Positions 19,722-28,787 of a stretch of DNA of 64,000 nucleotides are shown piece after piece (within the stretch, counting starts at the first letter, position 1; each line of letters opens with the position of its first letter). The notes under the pieces were generated by a model. That model made no database searches and had not been told where the DNA came from. It was given only the letters and a program-made list of their open reading frames with translations. Source of the DNA: Candidatus Thorarchaeota archaeon (GTDB lineage Archaea; Asgardarchaeota; Thorarchaeia; Thorarchaeales; Thorarchaeaceae); assembly GCA_048882325.1 (NCBI GenBank), contig JBHLRS010000009.1:32001-96000 (forward strand), in the 5' to 3' direction. A program made the translations under genes and the position numbers.

Positions 19722-21662
19722 ATGTTGCTTGTTCTACTCTTGATATCACTAACTACGTTGACGACTGAACCAATATCTGCAGAGGGCGAGATTGTGGTTG
19801 TTCGAGGAAACACTATCTTAATCACCGTCACACTTCTTCAGAATGGTAGCTTCGGAGAACCAGTACCAGACCAGTGGATACATTTCTTTGACCAGAGCTA
19901 TAACTCGTTCTTAGGTTCTGAAAAGACAGATGCAAACGGTATCGCTTCACTTTCATGGGGCATTCCCATTGATCATGCACTTGGAATGACAACCATCAAT
20001 GCAACATTTTTGGGTAATGAGTCACTGTCACTAGCTCCGTCATATCAATGGAGTGTCTTGACAGTAGTTTCCTCTACAACTATCGAGATTGACCAGGTGC
20101 CTGATTCACTCGCCCCAGGAGATTTCTTATCATTCTTAGTTCACCTGACTGATGACACAGATAGTCCAATTGAGAACGCCTCTGTGAAAGTGTTTAAGGA
20201 TTATACACCTATTGCTGTTGCTAAGACCAACTCATCAGGAGATATTCACTTCAAGATTGATTGCAACAGCACATGGATAACACTAGGAAACAATGACATA
20301 AGAGTTGTATTTGAACAAGATTTGGCAAAGCACCTCAATGGATCTGAGTTTACGTTCATTGTCGATATATCAAAAATACCTACGTTTCTGCTTCCTCATG
20401 GTTGGTATCCAACTAATGTCACTCTTGGTGAATTTGTTGATTTGTATATTGAGCTCTCTGAAACAGCTAATCCCATGCCGAATGAGGCTATCCAAGTCCT
20501 CCTAGATGATTCTCCTCTAGTTCTTGTTACCTCTAACAATTCTGGAATCGCCCGTGCTCTGTTGGATATCGATGAACGATTCACTCTTGGGGTTCATATC
20601 CTGCAATTTTTGTACAATGGTACATCGAGGTACTCTGTATCAAATTACGAATATCCTTTATCTATAACCAGCCCAGCACAGTTGAGCATTGAAGTTCCGG
20701 AATCTGCTTCGATAGGCTCAATCGTCGATCTTGAAATTGCAATTTCGGATTCATTAGGTCGTCCGATTCCTGATTCGCTTATCACACTAGTTGACACTAC
20801 ATCTGATCAGACCTTTACGGTTCCTTCGAGCTCAACTAAAACAGTTATCAATTTTCAATATGTGGTGCAAGGTCCTACCGGCACCCACATTCTCAATGTA
20901 GAAGTGTCAGAGAATCTATTTGTGACGAACGGAAATTGCAGTGCTACCTTTGTTGCATGGTCCAAGCCTGTTATGTTCATTCTCAACGTCAATGTGGATC
21001 ACTATGCCTCTCCCAATCAAGAGATCTTTTTTGAATTACAGATGACTGATTGGAATGGAAATTGTTCCTATAGACCTCTCTATCTTATGTTAGATGGCCA
21101 GGTCTATCTATCAAGAACGACAGGCATAGATGGGAAACTTACTCTTGCTCTTACTGCTCCACTGATTGAAAAGGTGTACAATATATCAATGGTCTATGAG
21201 GGAAATAATACACTCTTTGAAAGTCCAACAAAGCTCGATTATGACCTTCATGTGACTAGTCAAATGCCTGTGCGACTTGAACTCGATTCCTATGAGGTTA
21301 ATGCTGCACGACATGAACTAGATATACGTCTAATATTGAAAGCATTCAATGGCTCTACACTACAAGGAGTGAATGTGAATTTTGTCTGGTTAGATTCACA
21401 CTTCGACTCCCAAACAAGCGATGGGGGATTGGTTATTCTTCATCTTAGAGTTCCTGCAATAAATGGTATCTATGTCTTATACTATGAAATTGAGGACGCA
21501 GCATCAATAGTTCCAACAAATGGAACATACCTGATTGAGATTACGATTTCTGATGTAATGTCACTACAGGGAATTGGTGTTGTTGGTCTAGCAATAGCTC
21601 TTTTTGCTTCAGTTGGAATCTCAGCCGTACCAATCCTAAGACGAAGATATCTTGTAGGATAA
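19722..21662 (+). CDS. cell-surface protein with Ig-like beta-sandwich repeats
   Basis: Signal peptide; repeated TD.NG.A / G.H.L...Y.G patterns; C-terminal TM helix plus RRR. Confidence 0.75.
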   Translation: MLLVLLLISLTTLTTEPISAEGEIVVVRGNTILITVTLLQNGSFGEPVPDQWIHFFDQSYNSFLGSEKTDANGIASLSWGIPIDHALGMTTINATFLGNESLSLAPSYQWSVLTVVSSTTIEIDQVPDSLAPGDFLSFLVHLTDDTDSPIENASVKVFKDYTPIAVAKTNSSGDIHFKIDCNSTWITLGNNDIRVVFEQDLAKHLNGSEFTFIVDISKIPTFLLPHGWYPTNVTLGEFVDLYIELSETANPMPNEAIQVLLDDSPLVLVTSNNSGIARALLDIDERFTLGVHILQFLYNGTSRYSVSNYEYPLSITSPAQLSIEVPESASIGSIVDLEIAISDSLGRPIPDSLITLVDTTSDQTFTVPSSSTKTVINFQYVVQGPTGTHILNVEVSENLFVTNGNCSATFVAWSKPVMFILNVNVDHYASPNQEIFFELQMTDWNGNCSYRPLYLMLDGQVYLSRTTGIDGKLTLALTAPLIEKVYNISMVYEGNNTLFESPTKLDYDLHVTSQMPVRLELDSYEVNAARHELDIRLILKAFNGSTLQGVNVNFVWLDSHFDSQTSDGGLVILHLRVPAINGIYVLYYEIEDAASIVPTNGTYLIEITISDVMSLQGIGVVGLAIALFASVGISAVPILRRRYLVG

Positions 21663-21672
21663 AGACAAGAAG

Positions 21673-21781
21673 TGGTGCTCCGGCCGGGATTCGAACCCGG
21701 GTCGGGGGATCGAGAGTCCCCCATGCTGGGCCGGACTACAGTCGGTATCATTGTAAGGAATATACAATGCTCTACCGGAGC
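21673..21781 (-). tRNA. tRNA-Glu(CTC) with a 31-nt intron at 10/11 (21741-21771), CCA encoded
   Basis: Acceptor GCTCCGG/CCGGAGC; anticodon arm GGGGA-CT-CTC-GA-TCCCC. Removing the insert restores D-stem GTGT/GCAT. Confidence 0.88.
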
Positions 21782-21869
21782 CGTGAATGGATTGCCAGTC
21801 CGGAGCGCGAGAAGGCTCGTTTGGAATTATGCAAATAAGCCTTTCCCCGCAACATGAGGACTAAAGAAT

Positions 21870-22079
21870 CTAAGGTGCACTGAATAATTGAGTTAGACTA
21901 CTCCAACTATCCTGTAATAACTGCAGTAATCCTCCCACAACATCTTGTGCCCACCCTGTGGCTTGAAGGATGACCGCAATAACAATAGAAACTGTGACAA
22001 CTGCAAGCCCAAGGAGCAGACTCTCCTCAACTAGCGGTCCTCCCTGTTCATTACGAATTAAACCATCATCCTTTGTCAA
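21870..22079 (-). CDS. Flp/Tad-like prepilin (class III signal peptide)
   Basis: 69 aa from TTG 22079 (AGGTG RBS); RNEQG|GPLVE with E+5, then a hydrophobic helix; follows a TadA-like ATPase. Confidence 0.65.
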   Translation of the reverse strand: MTKDDGLIRNEQGGPLVEESLLLGLAVVTVSIVIAVILQATGWAQDVVGGLLQLLQDSWSSLTQLFSAP

Positions 22080-22144
22080 AGATATCCACCTTGAACTGAT
22101 GTTTTGCTGGTTCCTTTTAAGGTCCCCAAAAGATCTGGACCACT

Positions 22145-23839
22145 CTATGCTTCTGACTTGATGAATTTCATCGGGTGTCCCTTTGACCACATCTCTTCGC
22201 TTATTGTGTGAAAACTCATGGGATTGCTATTTAGGCGGATGATTTCAGTCAGATTCCTTAGAGCTGGAATATGGCTTTTGACCCCGGACTCTCTTGCATG
22301 GTTTAGAAAAGCTCCATCATCTGCCCAGTCCTCATTAATACCTTCGATGGAATCATAGATTTTATTGAGACCTGAGAATACAACTAATCCGTTTACCACC
22401 CTTCGTCGTATTTCTGAGATTTCGCTCACGATTCGTTTAGACTCCCCTGGTTTCGGTCTTTCTAAAGTAACAATGATATCCAAGAGCGCAATGTTGTCTT
22501 CTTGAATTCTATGGCCGAGTTTCCACCTAGAAATAAGACTGGACGCCGACTCGCTGTGACATGTTTGAATAGTACGAAGACCTGCTATAATAGCCTGAAA
22601 AAGGGCGTTGCTGTGTTCTGCAGTCTGAATCTCTCCTAGAATGAGATAGTCTGGCGACCGATGGAGACATTTGATTATTTCATCACTTTTGTTAAATTTC
22701 GTCAATTGCTCATCCATGGGGTCAACTCTGAAACGTACCTGATGGTGATCTTTCTGTGGTCTGCTTTCAATGGCATCTTCAATGTAGATTTTTCTCCACC
22801 ACTTTGGTGTAGTCATATCCAAGGCATTCAACAAAGTTGTTTTTCCAGTACCTGGACCTCCAGTTATAGTAATGTTGAACCTGCATGAAACAGCGAAGAC
22901 TAGAATTGCTGCAACATCAGATGTCATAGTTTCATTCTCTATCAATTCACTAATAGTAAACGGATTGTTCCTCGCTCGACGAATTTCGAGATGTAGTCCA
23001 TCTGGACTTAATGGTGGCATACTTGCAGAGAAACGAAGTGCGGCATCTTGAATACGTATATCCATTTTGAGAGAGGGGTTGCTTCTATCTAGGTGGAGAT
23101 TGCTTTCAGCGCGAATTAGAGTGATAATTTTTGAAACATCCTGCTTATAAAAAGTGAAATCTGTTATACATCTACCATATCGTTGATGATCAAAATAGAT
23201 TGGTACTCCAGGACTATCAAGGTATATTTCCTCTACCCAATCATCATGGATAAGGGGCATAAGTACGCCAAGGATGTTTCGACGATGAGCGACGATCTCA
23301 GCGAGTCGCATCCGAGTTGCTTCATTCATCTCAGGAATTAAGTCCAAGATGTGAATGGAAATATCCTTGATTGCCTGATTTAATTTCTGTGTTATTCCCA
23401 CCTTCAAAGAGTTAGTTCTGTTTCCAGATTGGAAAGGTTTCTCAATCAAATCTTCAACAAGTGAGTTTTCTAGTGCGGTTCTGACCAATGGAACAGTTGT
23501 GTATCGTGCTTGATTATTTTCTGTCTGATGAAAAACAGATAGATGAGAGCCCACTTTGTAAATTGCTAAGATATCGTCTAACATGTCAACTAGGTGCATG
23601 TTAGAACCAATAAAGACAGTTTCCCAACCCTCAGTTCGCCATGATGGTTCAGGTAATTTCAGACTCTTCAGAGTACAGAAGTGAAACAAACCTCTTCCAG
23701 TTTCAACTATGATAATCTGTGATTTTTCGTTTCCAGATTCCTTGATATGGTTGAGCCTCTGACAACCAAAATCACTCCTCTGAGAACACTTTTCACAACG
23801 TCCAACAGGACATTGGACAACATGGATATCTGAATTCAA
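22145..23839 (-). CDS. TadA/CpaF/VirB11-family pilus or secretion ATPase
   Basis: VEEIYLD, GGPGTGKTTLLNAL, IED..E, RSPDYLILGEI, TCHS. Confidence 0.88.
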   Translation of the reverse strand: MNSDIHVVQCPVGRCEKCSQRSDFGCQRLNHIKESGNEKSQIIIVETGRGLFHFCTLKSLKLPEPSWRTEGWETVFIGSNMHLVDMLDDILAIYKVGSHLSVFHQTENNQARYTTVPLVRTALENSLVEDLIEKPFQSGNRTNSLKVGITQKLNQAIKDISIHILDLIPEMNEATRMRLAEIVAHRRNILGVLMPLIHDDWVEEIYLDSPGVPIYFDHQRYGRCITDFTFYKQDVSKIITLIRAESNLHLDRSNPSLKMDIRIQDAALRFSASMPPLSPDGLHLEIRRARNNPFTISELIENETMTSDVAAILVFAVSCRFNITITGGPGTGKTTLLNALDMTTPKWWRKIYIEDAIESRPQKDHHQVRFRVDPMDEQLTKFNKSDEIIKCLHRSPDYLILGEIQTAEHSNALFQAIIAGLRTIQTCHSESASSLISRWKLGHRIQEDNIALLDIIVTLERPKPGESKRIVSEISEIRRRVVNGLVVFSGLNKIYDSIEGINEDWADDGAFLNHARESGVKSHIPALRNLTEIIRLNSNPMSFHTISEEMWSKGHPMKFIKSEA

Positions 23840-23908
23840 CTAGTAGAGCACCTCATGATTTCTACATCTTATTCAGACAAATCCTACATAATCTCCTAGA
23901 CATTCAAG

Positions 23909-24946
23909 TCACTGGGCTTGTGATACTTCGATGACCTTTTTCATCATTCCAAAGTGATCTCTGATACTATACTCGGCCACCTCGGTTGCAATTGAAGCAA
24001 GCTTTTGTGTTAGCACGGCTCTCCTTCCATATTGTATCGCAATCAGTCGGTCACTCGCATAGGCAGCTGAAACTGTAAATATGAACGGATTTCTTCCGCC
24101 GCGTTTTGAAGCAGGTATTATTTTGAGAACTTCGAGTATCTTGTTTCTAAGAGCGTTCTCATAGTCCTTTGGTTCCCAACCTCGTGATTGAACCTTACTG
24201 ACTACTCTTGGGTTGTTCATCAACATTGAAAGCACTCTTGGAACATAGTCCTCTGGTTTTCGGATTTCCGGTGAGTAGCCTGTGAGCGACTTGAGCCTGA
24301 GTGCTTCTCGCACAATTGCTCTCACATTGACTCGGTGTCCGCATTTTTCAAACACATCAGCTATTTCATCAAGTGTTATCGGAGCCTCCTCTTTGAACTC
24401 CCTTACAGCCATGAGAAGACACACAGCAATCAACAGTATGTTATTACTGACGTTTCCTGCTGCTTCATTCACCACTTTCTTGTATAGATACGCAGTCCGA
24501 TCGCGAACTTGCTCATTGATCATGAGTAGCTTTGACACATGATTGAGAGTTCTAAGAGCTCTGTATTTTGCCTCATTCTTGCCAATTCTGATTCTGGTGC
24601 TGTATATTGTTTTCAGCCGCTTGAATTTCTTCTGCATTCTTCCTGAGAGTGCCTGTCCTTGTGCATCTTGAAAATACCGATCTTTATGGAAGCCAATGTA
24701 GCTGCCAAGACCGTCCACAATATGCATTCGGTTTCCTAATGATACATACATAGTTGCATCAGGGGAATCGCCAGTGGGTCGTTCGCCCATCTGATATGTA
24801 GGCAAAACGTATTCTCTAGAAAGCACCAAACCGCATTCAGCACATACTATGTGTCCCTGACTAGTGACCAAAAAACCACTACAGTCAGGACAGGATTTTG
24901 AATTCGTTAAACGAGATTCACATGTTCCATCAGTCAAAAACCACAC
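23909..24946 (-). CDS. tfb: divergent transcription initiation factor TFB (TFIIB) paralogue
   Basis: Zn ribbon CPDC...CAECGLV; cyclin repeats; KPEDYVPR; GRNP; LTQK. Confidence 0.8.
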   Translation of the reverse strand: MWFLTDGTCESRLTNSKSCPDCSGFLVTSQGHIVCAECGLVLSREYVLPTYQMGERPTGDSPDATMYVSLGNRMHIVDGLGSYIGFHKDRYFQDAQGQALSGRMQKKFKRLKTIYSTRIRIGKNEAKYRALRTLNHVSKLLMINEQVRDRTAYLYKKVVNEAAGNVSNNILLIAVCLLMAVREFKEEAPITLDEIADVFEKCGHRVNVRAIVREALRLKSLTGYSPEIRKPEDYVPRVLSMLMNNPRVVSKVQSRGWEPKDYENALRNKILEVLKIIPASKRGGRNPFIFTVSAAYASDRLIAIQYGRRAVLTQKLASIATEVAEYSIRDHFGMMKKVIEVSQAQ

Positions 24947-25103
24947 CCATTAGAGATGTGCACAATCATTCCTAACTAAGTTTCAGATACCAATTATACA
25001 TTCACAGAGAATAACAATCTGTTCAAGTAGACTTTGACTGATATTGAGCGGTCTTTGTCGGTCTGGTCAGAAAGAGAGGTGACCGAAAGTAATCTTAATG
25101 GGA

Positions 25104-25469
25104 TTACATAAAAGCCAGAAAGAACTTCTCTGAGTTGAAAACGTTACTCTGACTTGGAGTTGGTTTTCCTAGTGTGAAGACTAGTCGCAATCCACCTACG
25201 GATCCAATTACTTCAAGACCATTTTTCTCAGTCTTTTTGAAGACGCCACTCTCTACATAGAGCTTTGCTTGTTCACCTTTTGTAATTGGCTTAGAATCGA
25301 TGATAACAGTGATTGAATCATTAGCATTCAGTGTGTCACAAAGTGCATCCGGAAGCTCGAGTGAGAGTGTTGCTCCATCACTTTTCGAGGAAACCTTCAA
25401 TAACTTCAATCTTCTCGTTTCCGTTTCCTCAACAGAGTCAATGACTGCAGTCTTAAGCCTAATTACCAT
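25104..25469 (-). CDS. rpo8: RNA polymerase subunit Rpo8 (RpoG, RPB8 homologue)
   Basis: 121-aa beta-rich protein; SVGGLRL corresponds to the RPB8 SxGGLL signature. Confidence 0.65.
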   Translation of the reverse strand: MVIRLKTAVIDSVEETETRRLKLLKVSSKSDGATLSLELPDALCDTLNANDSITVIIDSKPITKGEQAKLYVESGVFKKTEKNGLEVIGSVGGLRLVFTLGKPTPSQSNVFNSEKFFLAFM

Positions 25470-25591
25470 AAATGATCCACCTCTATATGCTAGAGTCTAT
25501 TTTTCACGGCATGCCTTTGCGAATTAAACCTACCGTTGAAACCATGTGCCGTTTTTTAGGAAGCATAATGACGATTTTCTGGTGTAGCTAA

Positions 25592-27382
25592 GTGAATCGG
25601 AAAGTGGTAGCACTCGCCCCCCTCTCTTTGCTTCTAGTCACATGTCTTGTTGTTCCAGTTTCAGCATTCTACTTTGACTTTCAGTCCTTCGAAACTGACA
25701 AGTTGGTATATGAAGTTGGAGAAACGATTAACATGGTCGCAAAGTTAATCGCAGATTTCAGTGACGAGGGGTGGTGCAACGTATCATTTGGAGTTGTTAC
25801 AGATCTTGGTCCTTCTTTTGCGGAAGGATACTCTATTCCTCCATCTCCATTGGTCCGTTACCTAAATTCGTCATATACAATTCTTCCAGAGCATACTTCG
25901 CCCACTGAAACAGGTGTACAAGCTTTTGTCATCTTTACTGTTCAGATTTTCGATGTAGGAGAACAAAGTGAGGGTGATAACATCCTAATCACAATTAACA
26001 GAGGACATCTCAATGCTTTTCCACAAATTCCTCTCATTGCGCAGTATGGATTGAATACATCACTCCCATTGAAAATTGCTAGTATTCATAATAGTGATGT
26101 TGTCTACTCTGGCGAGTCTGTTACATTGCATGTGGAGAATTCAACTTCACATACTGTGTTACATACTAATGTAACCACAACTTCCGAAGGAATGGTACAC
26201 CTCAATTGGAGTGACTCGTTTGGTGCTCCTGGTCTGTATAATCTGACTGTTTCCAGCGATGGAAATGAAGACTTTCTACCACTAGCTGATTCATTCGAAC
26301 TAACAGTTCTTCCAGCGCCTTCAAATTTAACCGCAATCTCTACACCCGGCACAGTATATTGTCAAGCACCTGATGGTAGTCATGTTCAACTTGCTGAGAT
26401 TATAGTTGAGCATACGGATGTAGATTCAATCCCTATCAATGATAGTCTAGTACGATGGACTGCAAGCTTTGGATCTGGTTCGTTGGCCAAATTGGGTGCT
26501 GGTCTGTATTCTGGTATGATTCCCTTCAATACAAGTCCAGGGTCTTATACCATCAATATCACATCCACTAATCCTCAATATCAGAGTAGTGGAACTGAAG
26601 TCATTGTGGATGTCCTAGCAAATATATTGCAATTCACTCCAGTACAGTCATCTTGGAATGTGACAAGAGGTGACAATGTGACTGTTGAGTTCCTTCTGGA
26701 ATCAACCCTTGATTGGAATCAATCAATACAACTAGATTTCATAGATGAAAAAACGCAGTTCTCAGTAACATCAAGTGTCCTGCCGGGCATTCCTAAGTTT
26801 CAACAAATCCCAATCTGGCACAACATCTCTGTAGGACAACATATCGTTGATATTTCCTCAACAAGTGAGTACTATGAGTTTACTACTACTCCTCAAATTG
26901 AATTGGTTGCTATTGGGACAATGAATGTTTCAATGTTGATACAAACTGTATACTATAGTGAAACATTAGATTTCAATCTAGATATCGTTGATGATGATAA
27001 TCAACTGGTTTCAAATGCTGAGGTTTCTATTTTCTGTGATGAGGATATCACGTCTTTTGCGACCACCGGTTATGTCAATACGAGTGCAAACCAAACTGTA
27101 GGATTGCCGTTATGGATTCAACTAGGCATACACAATCTTACCTTTATTGTCAACAGTCAATACTATGAGTCGATTATCTATATCGTAACCATCAAAGTCT
27201 GGATGCGGACTAACCTCACCATTGTTATATCAAGTGATTCGAATTCAATTGCTGAAGATACTCAGTTTGACATCACACTAAGTATCTCATCTGGATTAAT
27301 CATGAGTCCTCCACCAATTTTGTGTAATGGAGTTACCTCTACAATACCTTTCACAGCTCGACTCACTTCATTTGACAATTGA
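25592..27382 (+). CDS. secreted or cell-surface protein with Ig-like repeats
   Basis: Signal peptide; TDKLVYEVGE (MG2-like) start; beta-rich with many NxS/T sequons. Confidence 0.72.
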   Translation: MNRKVVALAPLSLLLVTCLVVPVSAFYFDFQSFETDKLVYEVGETINMVAKLIADFSDEGWCNVSFGVVTDLGPSFAEGYSIPPSPLVRYLNSSYTILPEHTSPTETGVQAFVIFTVQIFDVGEQSEGDNILITINRGHLNAFPQIPLIAQYGLNTSLPLKIASIHNSDVVYSGESVTLHVENSTSHTVLHTNVTTTSEGMVHLNWSDSFGAPGLYNLTVSSDGNEDFLPLADSFELTVLPAPSNLTAISTPGTVYCQAPDGSHVQLAEIIVEHTDVDSIPINDSLVRWTASFGSGSLAKLGAGLYSGMIPFNTSPGSYTINITSTNPQYQSSGTEVIVDVLANILQFTPVQSSWNVTRGDNVTVEFLLESTLDWNQSIQLDFIDEKTQFSVTSSVLPGIPKFQQIPIWHNISVGQHIVDISSTSEYYEFTTTPQIELVAIGTMNVSMLIQTVYYSETLDFNLDIVDDDNQLVSNAEVSIFCDEDITSFATTGYVNTSANQTVGLPLWIQLGIHNLTFIVNSQYYESIIYIVTIKVWMRTNLTIVISSDSNSIAEDTQFDITLSISSGLIMSPPPILCNGVTSTIPFTARLTSFDN

Positions 27383-28389
27383 CCAAGACTGAGTTCAGGG
27401 ACTAACAACTTGTCCACTGATTTTGCGAATTTCCTTATCGCATCATCTGGGAAAGGCCAAAGTGTCTTCAGTCTCATGGACCGGATGGTGGGTTCTGAGG
27501 TCAACTCCATTAGTTCTTCCACTGATCTCGAAGTAGAACCGTATGAAATTATACCCCATGTAGCAATGTCTGGTCCTGTAATTTCATAATCCTCAAGGAT
27601 ATGAGCCGCATTCTGAATCTTTGCAGATAGTCGCCGAATCAATTTGTCATGAACTTCTGGGTCTGCAGTCTTTCTAAGTCCTAGCTCATTATGAGTTGAT
27701 CCAGTAATGAGTAAGTCATGCCCGTCACCAAATCTAGGCATCAATGCATGTCCATCATCATCAGTACTCCCATAAGGTGTTGCTCCCACTGATGCAAACC
27801 GCCTCTTCACTGTAGTGTCACGAGTTACATCAATCACCACCTTTTCCCGGGAATGAGCTACAATTTCATCTGAGAGTAAAATAACTGGATGCCTCAGCCT
27901 TTCAGACAACTCAAAGGCCCTCAAAGTTAGTTCGTAGGTTTCTTGTGCAGAGTTAGGAGCGAGTACAACGCTTTCATGATCTCCATGAGTTCCCCATCGT
28001 GCTTGCATGAAATCTCCTTGAGCAGCTTTTGTTGCCTGCCCTGTGCTTGGACCAGCTCTCTGAACATCAACAATGACACAAGGAGTTTCCGTCATTATTG
28101 CATATCCGATATTCTCTTGCATCAGACTGAATCCTGGACCTGATGTTGCAGTCATAGACAATGCTCCACCCCAAGAACTCCCAATGATTGCAGATATGGC
28201 TGCAATTTCGTCCTCCATCTGAACATATACCCCTCCGATTTTCGGAAGTCTAGCTGACATAATCTCAGCAATCTCAGAAGCAGGAGTAATAGGATATCCA
28301 GCAAAGAATTTACAACCTGCAGCAATTGCAGCTTCAGCGCAGGCTTGATTTCCCTGCCAGAATTCGACTGATTGATTTTTGGCAGACAT
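27262..28389 (-). CDS. korA: 2-oxoacid:ferredoxin oxidoreductase alpha subunit
   Basis: AGYPITPASE, QMEDE, TATSGPGFSLMQE, QRAGPSTG. Confidence 0.92.
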   Translation of the reverse strand: MSAKNQSVEFWQGNQACAEAAIAAGCKFFAGYPITPASEIAEIMSARLPKIGGVYVQMEDEIAAISAIIGSSWGGALSMTATSGPGFSLMQENIGYAIMTETPCVIVDVQRAGPSTGQATKAAQGDFMQARWGTHGDHESVVLAPNSAQETYELTLRAFELSERLRHPVILLSDEIVAHSREKVVIDVTRDTTVKRRFASVGATPYGSTDDDGHALMPRFGDGHDLLITGSTHNELGLRKTADPEVHDKLIRRLSAKIQNAAHILEDYEITGPDIATWGIISYGSTSRSVEELMELTSEPTIRSMRLKTLWPFPDDAIRKFAKSVDKLLVPELSLGQLSNEVSRAVKGIVEVTPLHKIGGGLMINPDEILSVMSN

Positions 28390-28499
28390 AGTTACGACTC
28401 CAATTTGTCGTTGGTCAACATGGTCAAGATAAGCATACTCTTACAGCAGTACTAAATTGCCGATAGTCTTTTATCAAATTTAACTTGGTGAGTCACGAA

Positions 28500-28576
28500 G
28501 CGACCGTGGTCTAGCCTGGTTAGGACGGAAGCCTCCCAAGCTTCCAAGCCGGGTTCAAATCCCGGCGGTCGCACCA
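28500..28576 (+). tRNA. tRNA-Gly(CCC), no intron, CCA encoded
   Basis: GCGACCG/CGGTCGC; GAAGC-CT-CCC-AA-GCTTC; CCGGG-TTCAAAT-CCCGG. Confidence 0.96.
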
Positions 28577-28619
28577 CTGATTTTCGTCAGATTTAAGGGA
28601 GGATAATTAATTATATTCT

Positions 28620-28694
28620 TGGCGAGCGATGATTGCGATGACCCCTATGAGTCAGAATTGACGATGATATGGATCTTGAGTTAGGAGCTCGCCA
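28620..28694 (+). ncRNA. K-turn / box C/D-like small RNA
   Basis: Terminal stem TGGCGAGC/GCTCGCCA; three GATGA boxes, each opposite a GA; internal GTCA/TGAC hairpin; TTTAAG about 25 nt upstream. Confidence 0.65.
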
Positions 28695-28787
28695 TTACTT
28701 TCGGTAACCTCCCCTTTTATCATACATTTAATCGTACGCTCCGCAAATGCTTTTAAGGTGCCTCAGCGAAATTGCATTTGGACTGTC

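Noticed and set aside
21782-21806. Duplicated GCTCCGG as a second intron or an att site
   Set aside because: No BHB central helix forms in the registers tried, the repeat is only 7 bp, and no integrase is in the window
28577-28787. Origin directly upstream of cdc6
   Set aside because: No TTCCA-N-TGGAA or G-string ORB here; the space holds the sRNA-like element and promoters
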